DNA from: Azolla caroliniana
Taxonomy: Eukaryota; Plantae; Polypodiophyta
Assembly: GCA_043228905.1 (NCBI GenBank)
Contig: JBHGNT010000002.1
Span: 13,702,001-13,766,000 of the forward strand
Length of the DNA: 64,000 nt
Direction: 5' to 3'
The first letter of the stretch is position 1. The number at the start of each line of letters is the position of its first letter. Below the pieces are notes generated by a model that had not been told where the DNA came from, made no database searches, and saw only the letters and a program-made list of their open reading frames with translations. The position numbers and the translations under genes are program-made. Below are positions 36,801 to 48,327 of this stretch, piece after piece.

Positions 36801-39800
36801 AGGAGCATGTGTGGGTTGGAGGGTTAGTGATGGAAAACGAGCTAATAATTGGCGGATGGAGACCAATCGCTCGTGGACTAAGTGCTACCTGAACTTGGCT
36901 AAGGTGGGGGCTGGGGGAGCTATCTTGTAGAAGAGGGATAGGGGAAGCATGGACAAGAAGTTTGTGGGCATCAAAATCAATCACAGCGCGGCGCTTGAGG
37001 AACCAATCACAACCTAGGGTGAGGGGGAAGAGTTGGTGGGGCAAGACATAAAAGTGATGTGAGAAGGTGATAGTGCCTAAGGTGAAAGTGCAATGGGCTT
37101 GTGTGTGAGAGTGGTAAAGATGTTGGTGATCGCCAAAAAGGACTTGGATGGAAGGAGCAGTGGATGTGGGGAGACCTAACCGGTGTACTAAAGCGGTGCT
37201 AATAGAAGATATACTACTACCAGTGTCTAATAAGATGGTGTGGGTGCAGTGATTAATGGTGGCGAGGGCGGTGCATACCTTCGAACTAGAAGAGGCAGAC
37301 GCTTGGATGTGGAGGGCTGGCTCTTCCATCAGCACCCCGGACGTCAGTTTCCCGGAAGCTCAGCCAACGATGCCGCGTCAGCCATAGTTATCTGGACTTG
37401 TTGCTTGTGAGATTGTTGTTGCAATTTTCGGCACTGACGTCGGACTTGTCCATAATTGTGGCAGTAGAAACACCTCGGGCACCCTTCGCTATCGCGATCG
37501 GGACGGTTGCGGCGAGCTTGCAATTGCATGTTTTGGACATCAATGTCCATGGGGGCCGCACCTTGGTATTGGGCGCGTGAGTCGGTGGCTGATGGATGGG
37601 GCCAACGAGGTTGGGTGTCAGATAATGTACAAGCTTCGATTCGTTGGGCGATGAGGATGGCGTCGTTGAATGTCTGCGGACCTTGGTCCCGAGTGCGGCG
37701 AGTGATGTCGTGGCGCAGACGAGGCCATAAGAAGAAAAGCTTCACATGCTCGGGCATGGTAGGGTCAGCGCGAATGAGGAGTTGATTGAGGCGAACACCA
37801 AATTGGCCCACGGGTTCGTGTGCTTGTTGTTGCAATGTTTCGAGTTGTTGTAACGCCGTTTGGGCTGAATTTTGATGGGCGAAGTTTTGTACGAGGAAAT
37901 CCCGAAGGATCACCCAATTCTCGGTCACGTCACTTGATTGTTGGACGTACCAGGTGGCGGCGACGTTTTCGAGCAGGGTACGAACTTCCAAAGCTTTGCG
38001 CTCGTCGGACCATCGATGGTAACTAGAGATCATCTCAAAATGATCCAACCAAGCTAAGACATCCTCGGAAGGCAATCCGGAGAAGGACTTCGGGCACACC
38101 TTGGAATCTGGACGATCTTGCGCGCGGTCGTTGTGAGCGGCGAGGAAGGAGAGCATAGCTTGATTCGTATGGCTGATTTGAAGCATGGCGTTGGAGATGA
38201 GTTCCAGGAGCTGCTCCATTTGGAAAGGGGGAGGTCGTGCGTGAGGTTGCGAGAACTCAGGCTCCATCGGGGTATCGACGTTGGAGGTGGCGGAAGGGAA
38301 TTGGGATGCCATGAACAAGGTAGTAGTGGCTAAAATTTGAGCCCGCTTCTCCACCAATTATGTGAAATGCACATAAAAGGAAACCAAACCAGCCTAGCTA
38401 GCTTCATACTTATCATTCAATATATAGAAGATACAAAGGACCCATTTTGGGACGGCCTAGCTACATGTGTCCCAAAATGGTGTGCTAAAAGGGTGGGCTA
38501 AAATGGGTGATGTGCTAAACGGGAGTGGCTAAAAGAGTGGTGTGTTCAAATGCATGCTCTTGCATGAAAGGGACACCACAATATGTCAAGTGTATAATAA
38601 AGCTGTATATAATTTATGCTCCTTTTCTGTTGAACTTCTAACTATGTTGTGAAATCCATGCATGGTGAACATGCATGTCACAGATTGTAAATTTATCTTC
38701 ATAATATATTTAGTGTTGTCAATATTTTCTATAATAATATATTTTTTGATTGATTTATACTGTTATTTTGTTTATCTTCATGATTTTTAAGTTAATAATT
38801 TGTATAAATGTTTCACCGTGCTTCCTTCATTTGTCTAGTTTCATTCAGAAAATTCATAATTAATCTAGTATTTCCTTGACCGTTTCAATCTGTAAGCATT
38901 AATTGTTTTTTGGTTTGCTAATTTTGAAGTAGAAGTTGATAAGATGGTCGGATTTGTGTTTAGAATGTTGTCATATGTTTGTTTCTGGATTGAAAGATAC
39001 CACACAATCGACTACCCTATTCTTGCTTCGTGCCATTTTCATGTTAATGTAGGTTACTGAGCATAGGAGTTTCTCGTTCTGATTCCCTTAACCATGTTCA
39101 CCATTTTCCTTGTCCCCTTCCGTGTTGAAAGCAGTGTCAAAGTAAATGTTGTTCATTCTGTGTGATGGAGGAAGGGGGTGTATGGTAGGAATTTCCTGTA
39201 TTCCTTTTCCATTTTGTACCAAATACTTAGAAGAGTGTTATTTCTAGCATCCTAAATTGTACCTCCTAGGTAGCCCCTAAGTGCTGGGACATTGACATCT
39301 CCCTTGAGGCGATTGCTAGAATACCATGATCAGGTCAGTTGACATGCATCAATCTGTGAAACAAAAAGAAGGTAAGAAAAGCAAAGAACCATTAGCATTT
39401 GTATAGTTGGTTTCTCTCTATACTTACAGGAGTGCCATTTCTAAGCTATCGCATAGTAAATGCATGAATGCAAAATTCTTCATGGTAAAGGTTTCTGTTA
39501 TCCCTTTATGTTTAAATCATAGACACAAGGAAGTCCCTTTTAAGCTCCTTGCAATTGTTATGCGTTTGCAGAGAATGGCAGTGGCATGTTCTTGCTAAAC
39601 ATCTCTGAAAACTCCTTTTTACCCATTTCCTTGCTTATTTACATTTTATTATACCAGATTGTTCTCACCTATACAACAATACAATTCTCTTCATTTGATA
39701 TTGATGTTTCTGTTGATCTTATATTTTTATGTGACTATATTTTCTGGTGTCTTATATGCAGATATTTTGGAGCTCCATACCCTCTACCGAAGCTGGATAT

Positions 39801-42800
39801 GGTTGCTATTCCAGATTTTGCAGCTGGAGCCATGGAGAATTATGGTCTCGTAACTTATCGTGAATCAGCATTGCTTTATGATGAAAAGAATTCTGCTGCA
39901 AAAAACAAGCAAAGAGTAAGATCTCTTCCTTCTTGATCTTAATCTTCATATCTGAGGCTAGTATGAAAGTAATTTGTGGTGGACTTGTGAAGGTTGCGAT
40001 TGTTGTTGCCCATGAATTGGCACATCAATGGTTTGGGAATCTTGTAACAATGGAATGGTGGACTCATCTTTGGCTCAATGAAGGCTTTGCTACTTGGGTA
40101 TATTTATCACCTTCTCTCTCACACTTCTTGGCGAATGTAGATTTATTTAAAATTTAGATTATAGAGCTGTTTTTAAACTGAGAGTAGTCCTATTTTAATA
40201 AACTTGTTTGTGAAATCATGTTGCCAACTTGTGATTTTCGTATATTGAATGATTGCATGCACTACTTTTAGAAGTGTGATTACATCGATGAAACTGGAAA
40301 GCTATTATCTCAAATAGAACATTGAGAAATAGTTTTAATAAAATTGAAGTAGATATGGAATTTGCCTTTGTATTGAGTTTTACTTTCCGGGAAATTGTGT
40401 TGCGTTACCATATATTGTGTGTAAATTTCCTGTAAGTAAATGACAATCTGGCGACTGTATCAGTCAGCCAACTGTCCTCTATAGCTCTGTTTATGCAACA
40501 TAGGAGATGGCTGGCCTGCAGTTTGTCTCAGCTAAACATGGGGCATTGCCTGAGCTAATATAAAAACTATAATGTCTGATATATGAGAATTATAGTTATG
40601 ACACTAGCTATATTTCCAAGAAAGCAGCATGAACTTCCACTTTTCCATTTCCAACTTTTGCTTATCCTGTGTGCTAGCACAAATATGTGCAATCTCAAGC
40701 GATGTTTCCATTGAAGGAAAACAAACTGTGTTAGCTTGATCAACTCAAATATGTGCAATCTTGATATGCAGGTTAGTTTTTTGGCTGTGGATGATTTATT
40801 TCCAGATTGGAAAATTTGGAATCAATTCATTGATACTACTGTTTCAGCATTCAGGCTTGACGGTCTTATTGAGTCGCATCCTATTGAGGTTTTTTGCCCT
40901 TCCGTGTATTTTTAAATAATTTGAATCCTAGTTTTTTAAATCAAAGTAATTATTTGCTGGAATTGTGATTTTTTCAAGGTTGAGATAAGGCATGCAAAAG
41001 AAGCGGAGGTGATATTTGATGCAATTAGCTACAATAAAGGAGCATCCATTATACGAATGTTGCAATCATATCTGGGTGCTGATGTTTTCCAGGTAAATGG
41101 ACAATGCTAATGAAATCTTATTAGCACTGGTTATATGTTTAAAAAGGAGTGGTGGTGGTTGAAATGAAAACTTGCCCTGTTGTTCATCAGAAAGGTCTGA
41201 TGGCTTATATTAAGAAGTATGCTTACAAAAATGCAAGTACTGGAGACCTTTGGTCCTCTCTTACAGAAGTTTCTGGAGAACCTGTAAGAGAATTGATGGA
41301 TTCATGGACAAAACAAAAAGGATATCCTGTATTGACTGCAACTATCAAAGATTCTAGCCTTATTTTGGAACAGGTGGTGTTTTAGTTAATGGATGGTGGT
41401 TTTAGAATTTATTGTTGATAAATTAGCTATAGCCTTATTGTGGATAATTGCAAAACATTTCCTTTCAGTCACAATATCTTTCAAGTGGTATTACTGGCAG
41501 CGGGGAGTGGGTTGTACCAGTCACTGTGTGTGTTGGTTCATATTCATTAATTTCAAGAACTTTGGTTCGAGGCAAGGCTTCTAACATACCCTTGTCCACA
41601 CCTCCAAATGAAGATGGTTTGAATTTCACAGAGATGTACGAACAGAGACCTTTGTCAATGTGGATAAAACTCAATGTTGCACAGTCAGGCTTTTATCGGG
41701 TTCAATATGATTCAGAGTTGGCTGCAAGGCTTGCTGTAGCAATTGCTTCAGGCTTCTTAGAATCATCTGATAGATTTGGTGAGAAAGTGAGGTTTCTTTA
41801 ATTTCATAAAACAGTTTGTTTTATTCTTTTGATTCCATTGTAACATAGATTATCTTATGTCCCTGCTTAATCTATGCCAAATCATTTATATATACTGATT
41901 GTTTATTGAGATCTTTTTTAAGTGCAGGAATTCTGGACGATGCATATGCATTATCTAGTTCTTGTAAACAGCCTTCAAGTGGGTTGCTAGCTCTCATGGA
42001 TTCTTTCACAAAAGAGACTGATTACACAGTCCTTGGAAGTTTGATCAATGTAAGAGGGGTTTATCTTGGTGTAAAACTATGTGGATGATATTGAGTAATT
42101 GATGATATTCGTATAGTGGATTATTGTTACATTATTGTAAAACTGTATGATCACTATATATATTGATTATAGTTATCTTGATGTGCTTGTATGGTGATTC
42201 AGATAGCCTACAAAATAACTTTAGTGATCAGCGACGCAATTCCTGAAATGGCATCTCACATTAAGAAGTTTAATGCAAAAATTCTCCAGTATGCTACTGA
42301 GTAAGTCGTATCTCTCTAGTTTTTATGCTATTCAAGGGGCAGTGTGTAAGTGCTGTTCCTTGCCTGATTTTGTATCATCTTATGTTTGTAACCTCATTTA
42401 TGTTCAGGAATGAGTCATGTGAAGCTAAAGACATTGCTGGTTTCTAATTAAGACATACAACTATGTGCATGATATACTGGTGAATATAGTTAGGGCAAAT
42501 TCCGAAATATATGAAAACTTTAGCTCCCCAAATCCCTTGACCAACACTCTCCCCAGCAATTACATATATTAATTGAGCAATCATGCGGTCAATGAATTCA
42601 GTGGACCTAGTGCTTTTGTGGGAAATAATAAAAAATTCAAGGGTATTTCAACTTTTTCTTATATATTTATGCTTGTTTTAATGCTAAAAACCTACACATT
42701 AAATAACAATGTCACAGGAAACTAGGCTGGGAAGCTCAAGAAAACGAGAGTCATCTAGATGCTATGCTGAGAGGAGATCTATTAGGAGCACTGATATCGT

Positions 42801-43882
42801 TTCAGAATGATGATATAGCTAGAGAAGCAGTTCATCGTTTTGAAGTTTTTGTCCAAGATAGAGAAACACCATTGCTGCCGGCAGACATCAGAAGTGTAAA
42901 ATTGGCTTTTGAAATATGATCTGTTTTCCTGTTTAGGATCTTAATTAGGTTTTGATTTCTTTGAAATTCTATATTGAATGCAGGCTGCATTTAAGGCTAT
43001 AATGAGAAAAACAACTTCATCAGACAGAAGAGGCTATGATTCTTTGCTACAAGTGTATAGAGACACAGACCTTAGCCAAGAAAAATCACGAATATTGGGA
43101 CATCTTGCTTCCTCTCCTGATCCGGTGATGGTGAAAGAAGCACTTGACTTTGCTATTTCATCTGAGGTTTGTGAACTGTCATTGTGGTTCAAAGGCTTGC
43201 AGTTAGTATTGAGAGGTAATATTGATGCATGTTTTGACTTTTCAGGTTCGTAATCAAGATACATTGTTTGTATTTTCTGGAATCAGTATAGAGGGGCGTG
43301 AAATAGGTTGGGCTTGGCTAAAGGTAATAGAGTGCATGTTATGCTTTATCAAGTCTATTGCAGTATTGACCACTATTTTCCTAGAACATAGACTTGTATG
43401 CTATGAGTGGTTTTATTCGTATGGAAGGTGATTATGTGAATCAAGTTGTATTCCCACATTTTTCATGGAAGAGTTAACATAAGAATGATGACATGACCTC
43501 CCTTATGTTGGATCTACTTGCTTGTTCACAGGAAAATTGGGACCTTGTATCCAAGAAATGGGAAGGGTTTCTTGTGGCACAATTTATCACAACTACTACC
43601 TCACAGGTTAGTATGAAGGTGATGCTTGTTTTTACCATTTTTAATAATAAGTTGTTTCTTGTGACACGTATGTTGATTGGGGGCATATTTGCTTTACAGT
43701 TTACTAGTGATGAGAAAGCATCAGAGATCGAAGCTTTTTTTTCAGTCCATGGAAATCCATCTGTAGAACGAACTGTCAAGCAAAGTATAGAGCGTGTGCG
43801 TATCAATGCACAATGGGTTAAACATGTACGGTTAGAGGAAGGTTTTTGTAATGTTATACAAGAGCTGTTGGCAAAGAATTAA
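30850..43882 (+). CDS. APM1: M1 family zinc aminopeptidase (APM1/puromycin-sensitive aminopeptidase-like), 18 coding exons, about 922 aa
   Basis: Exons 30850-31191, 32715-32857, 32937-33039, 33152-33338, 33421-33514, 39762-39915, 39993-40097, 40772-40888, 40979-41092, 41191-41373, 41469-41778, 41928-42049, 42203-42300, 42718-42895, 42984-43166, 43246-43323, 43532-43606, 43700-43882. All introns GT-AG with consistent phases, 2769 nt total. Motifs [32 protein letters not shown]-x18-E, catalytic Tyr in [13 protein letters not shown]1-like C-terminus. Confidence 0.95.
34185..37347 (-). pseudogene. pol: pol of the intronic gypsy element (-1 frame to gag), with one frameshift and one stop
   Basis: [19 protein letters not shown] and VYLDD, RH QTDAS...[30 protein letters not shown]; frame change near 36870 and stop at 35700. 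Confidence 0.9.
37344..38312 (-). CDS. gag: gag of the intronic gypsy element
   Basis: Open ORF with [17 protein letters not shown] and knuckle [14 protein letters not shown]; ends G GGA AAC TGA. Start assumed at the first ATG. Confidence 0.85.
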   Translation of the reverse strand: MASQFPSATSNVDTPMEPEFSQPHARPPPFQMEQLLELISNAMLQISHTNQAMLSFLAAHNDRAQDRPDSKVCPKSFSGLPSEDVLAWLDHFEMISSYHRWSDERKALEVRTLLENVAATWYVQQSSDVTENWVILRDFLVQNFAHQNSAQTALQQLETLQQQAHEPVGQFGVRLNQLLIRADPTMPEHVKLFFLWPRLRHDITRRTRDQGPQTFNDAILIAQRIEACTLSDTQPRWPHPSATDSRAQYQGAAPMDIDVQNMQLQARRNRPDRDSEGCPRCFYCHNYGQVRRQCRKLQQQSHKQQVQITMADAASLAELPGN

Positions 43883-44715
43883 AATGTTAATATGATTGAC
43901 AAGGTCCAAAATTTTTAGTGGATAAACATTAAATTTACAGTTAGATTTTCTTCAATTTTTTTTTCTTTCCACAAATTTCGGAATGATACCTACATTGTGC
44001 CGCGTCATATACATGATTGAGGTTGGGCACTCGGTGAAGAGGTTAGTAAAGACATGGGTAAAAGCTTCACAGAAGGCCTACACATACTTTCTGCAAGGTC
44101 ATTGAGTAGAGTGAGAAAATTGAGTATGGCCAAATGAAGTGCATTCTGACTGATAGTCTGGCTAATAGAACTAATTATATAAACTTTCGTATGTGCTATA
44201 TGAAGTCTTTAAGAGCCAAAATGGCCTATAATATCCAACAAAACATGACATCTTAAAATTGCTTCTCATATTTGAGAACTACAAAGAAAAATAAATTTAA
44301 CCTAACATGGGGTAGTCAAGAATCAAGATATGTTTAACTCCTAAGAATTAAGCTATATGAACTTCAGATTAAAGTGTTTGCCTTCAAATAATTTCCAATG
44401 TGGCAATTTTTAGGTCGATCTACATAATACATTGTTATTGCTGGTTATATTTGTTATAAAAGATTGATATAGCAAGACAGAATATAGAGAAACGTCTTTA
44501 TGCTAAATTAAGTTGATATACACGTCATGCTATCTCTCAAATATAGTCTTGCTCATGTTTACAATGTAATGTATCACACCTATTTGATCTAAGGGGAGAG
44601 GCTCTTATATACATTTTGTTTAATGTGTGCATCACTTATGTCACTACATGTATTTGTAAATGTTTATAAGTATTACACATTTTAGTGCACCTCAGTGTAT
44701 GATCAGTGATCTTAA

Positions 44716-46938
44716 TGTTGGCATAAAAGGCTGATCCTTCCATGTTGTATCCTAAGTGTGAACACTCTTCAAGTTAGGGCTTTTGTATATATAAGCCTAA
44801 ACATAACGTTGTAAGAGAAAGGGTTTTTTTATAGAAGAGAAAGATAGTCTCTATTAGAGCTTCAACTATATATCTAGATTCTTACCTATTGTTTTCTTCT
44901 TCTTCTCTAGTTCATCTATTTTGCTTGTTGTACACATCTTCAGACAGGTCCTCACTTATTCTTTTGCATATCATATTCAACAAGTGGTATCAGAGTGACC
45001 TTGTTGTCTTGTGGCAATGAACATCAAAGACTGAGAAGAGAAGCTATCCAGCTAAGAGAAAAGACAAGGCCAACAACATCTGCTTCCTAGAAAAATGGTG
45101 ACACAGTCCTACACATGTGGAAATCCGGAAGTTAAACGGGAAGAACTTTGCCCTCTAGAAAGAAATGATGCAAGATGTGCTCATAATCCGAAGACATGTT
45201 GATGACAAACCAACATTTTGACAAACCAACAATAATGTTTGTTGAAGGGTGGAGATCAATGGACAAAATTGCATGTTCGACCATTCAGATGCACCTGGCC
45301 AAGAACGTCTATTTTAGCATGGAAAAGGAAATGATGACATTTTCACTATGGGAGAAGTTACAAGCTGTATATGAGAAAAGTCCTCTTTGTTGAAGCTCAT
45401 ATTGATCGGACAGTTGTTCAATATGAAGATGAGAGAGATGGATCTGGCGACCTCCCACATCAACACCTTCAACCGGGTGTTGTCTGAGCTCTCCTCCCAT
45501 ATAAAAGCCCTTGCCCTCCTTTTGAGATTGTCGGGGAGTTGGGAGGTATTCTACACGACATTCGTGAACAATTATCCAAAGCTGAACTTGGACGAAACGA
45601 TCGGACAAGTCCTCACTGAGGACGTTCGACGAAAATCGATGGGACTCACCATCAATGAATCGGCAGTCGCTCACTACTCGACTGAGCCGGCCGAAGTACC
45701 AGTCAACCGAGAAGGAGGAACGATAATTGACATCGGTTGAAGTCGAGGAATAGTTGATCAAGGGCTTTCTGCATCCATTGCAGAAAGATTGGTCACAATG
45801 TTTCCGATTGCTGGTCGATAAAAGGAAAGGAGAATGGTCGGCGATTCGATCGGACACAAGGACAATCTGATTCAAATCGTTCTCCTATTGGCAACCAAAT
45901 CAATATTGCCGAGTCCCGGTTCGGGGAAATCCTCTCCTTAGAGGAGTCGTCAATCAATGAAGTCCTATACAACATGTAAGACGCACAAACGTGGTTGTTG
46001 AACTCCAGCGCGACATTTCATGTGACCCCCAACATGGAATGGTTTTCGGACTATTCGGTCGGGGCCAACGACACAGTTCGACTAGGCAACGGTTAGGAGT
46101 GCGTAATCGCAGGGATCAACGACGTCCCCATCCAATTGCCGAATGACAATATTATCATCCTCACCTTGCACCAAGTCCAGCACGTACCCGAACTGAAGAG
46201 GAGTCTAGTCTCCATTGGCATGCTAATCGAAGTCATGGATGATCAACCAAGGAAATATGAAAATCAGGAGTGGATGCAAGTACAACCTGTATCCATTGAT
46301 GGCGATCAATCCAAAAGGCACAATGAATGTAGCCGAATCACAAGATTCGAACCTATGGCATGGCCGGCTCAACCATATGTCCCACGCTGAAATGGACCGG
46401 CTGGTGGCGATTGGTTACATCACGAAACTCCAGTCGAAGACAGACTTCTGCGAACATTGTCATTATGGGAAATAGACCGGAAGTCTGCACTCTCAATGGT
46501 TAGCCAAAGTGGAGAACCGATCAAGAAACCGAGTGAAGACACTCCAATCCGACAACGGAGGTGAATACACCTCTTGAGCCTTCAAACAATACTTGTTTGA
46601 TAAAGGGATCAGGCATCAAAAGACCGTTCCTTACACTCCCATGCAAAATGGTGTGGTGGAATGAATCAACCGGACGATCCAAGAGAGGGTGGTGACAATG
46701 CTCCAAAAATCCAAACTAAAGCTGGAATTTTGAGCCAAAACATTGGAGATAGTAGTATACTTGAAAAATCTGTCGCCCTCGAGAGCAATATGGCTCGAAG
46801 TGCCACATGCACTATGGTCAGGCAAAAAGCCAACCTACGATAGGCTTCGAACTTTCGGATGCGCAGCCTACGGATTCATCCCCAAGGACAAAGGACCAAC
46901 CTGGCACCCCATGCACTTAAGTGTATATTTCTGGGTAA
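44716..46938 (+). mobile_element. Ty1/copia 5' fragment: LTR 44716-44982, tRNA-iMet PBS 44985-44995, degraded gag/PR/INT
   Basis: TGTTG...CAACA LTR, TGGTATCAGAG PBS, LWHGRLNHMS GAG-pre-integrase motif, SDNGGEY integrase motif. Confidence 0.88.
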
Positions 46939-47588
46939 GCATGTCAACATATGAATGAATCTTTCGAGCGAGCGAACCTTTTGCACAAATACCTTCAAAG
47001 CTTCAAGATTTGTTGGAATGATCATCTTTTGAATTACGTTGATCTTTGAATCATCCACATCTTCTTGGCACAACACATTGTACACACTACCTTGTTTTGT
47101 ATAAATGACCATTTGATCAACAATCTCATTTCGGAAAGGAAGTGAAATTTGATCTCGTTTGGTCGAAACATTGAAGGGTTTGAAATTGATCTCATTCTTC
47201 TTTGGAACCAAAACTATAGGTGACACACACTTCAAATCTTCCATCTTATAATTGGAACTTTCTTGTAACCATGCGTTGAACTCTTGCATACATTCTTCTT
47301 TTGTTCAACACTCAATTGCCAAAGCTTTGGGGAAATTGATACACTTTCCTTCAAGTTGATGTGGTATTTGTTGCAAGCTTCTCCTCTTATCCCAAAACAC
47401 TTGATGAACACATCCTCCACTATGCTTGTGCAATGCACCACTCCACTATCTACTACAACCACCCTTGCTGAAGATGACCTACTAATAGGAATTCCCACTT
47501 TGTTTACTACAAATTCAGAAATCAAGCTTACCCTAACACCACTATTAACCAAGGCATCTTTGATGTGAAACCCTTTGATGAAGACCAG

Positions 47589-48327
47589 TGTCGCGATATT
47601 CCACGAGCGCGTGTAGGATCCGAGGCGGGACTGTAGGGGTCTTGAACCAGGGAGTTGAGGAGAAGGAATAAGACACGAAACGGAAGCTTAGCTCAAGAGG
47701 AGTGGAGAATGAATATGACATGAAGATTGAACAAGAGATGGATGGAGGAAAAATACTCAACAAGTTATATTAAGAAAACACAAACAAATACAACCATGGC
47801 GGCATAGGCCAAAACCCAACGACTACAAGAAACCCTAACCGGATAAGTAAAGTAAAGAAGATGAATAAGGAAACCCTAACCCTAAACCGAAATGAGAAGA
47901 AGAAGAACCCTAGAACTATGTGGTATACCTTTCACACTCAAAATTAGGCAACCCCTTCACAAGTGACCCCTCACTCCCTTTTATAGTAGTAAGGGGTGAG
48001 CACATTACAAGAGGGAGTCAAATCCCCTTTCATTTAATGGGGAATATCTCCCTTGATCTTAAATCGGTGGGCCTTAACTCTCTCTCTCTCTCCTATCACA
48101 TTCACTCTCAGTGCCCACTACTCATTCTACTCTACAAAGTGCACATCACATTTATGCCTCTACGAACTTCGTGGTGCACCTTTAGTATCTTAGATTATTA
48201 TCCTTCCCATTACATTTTGTTTACTTATTCTTATTACACAAATTTACAAGTGCATGTGCAATGTTGCACATCCCCATTTTATTTGTCGCTCCCGGTTTTC
48301 TCACCGTAACTGGAAATCTTCACGACA
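47589..48327. mobile_element. Solo LTR (739 bp) related to the tRNA-Trp gypsy LTR, 4-bp TSD CCAG/CCGG
   Basis: TGTCG...CGACA termini; shared motif with the LTR at 12936; removing it restores the minus-strand frame PTIPVFIKG. Confidence 0.85.

Larger units (their letters stand above)
33938..38580 (-). mobile_element. Full-length 4.6-kb Ty3/gypsy element in APM1 intron 5, antisense to the gene
   Basis: 220-bp LTRs at 33938-34157 and 38361-38580 differing at 2 positions; PBS TGGTGGAGAAGCGGG (tRNA-Ala-like, 38342-38356); PPT GATGGGGGAAA next to the 3' LTR; gag, PR, RT, RH, INT; no chromodomain. Confidence 0.95.

Noticed and set aside
47820-47915. AAACCCTAA motifs as an interstitial telomere
   Set aside because: Scattered and imperfect within an LTR; typical telo-box-like LTR content.
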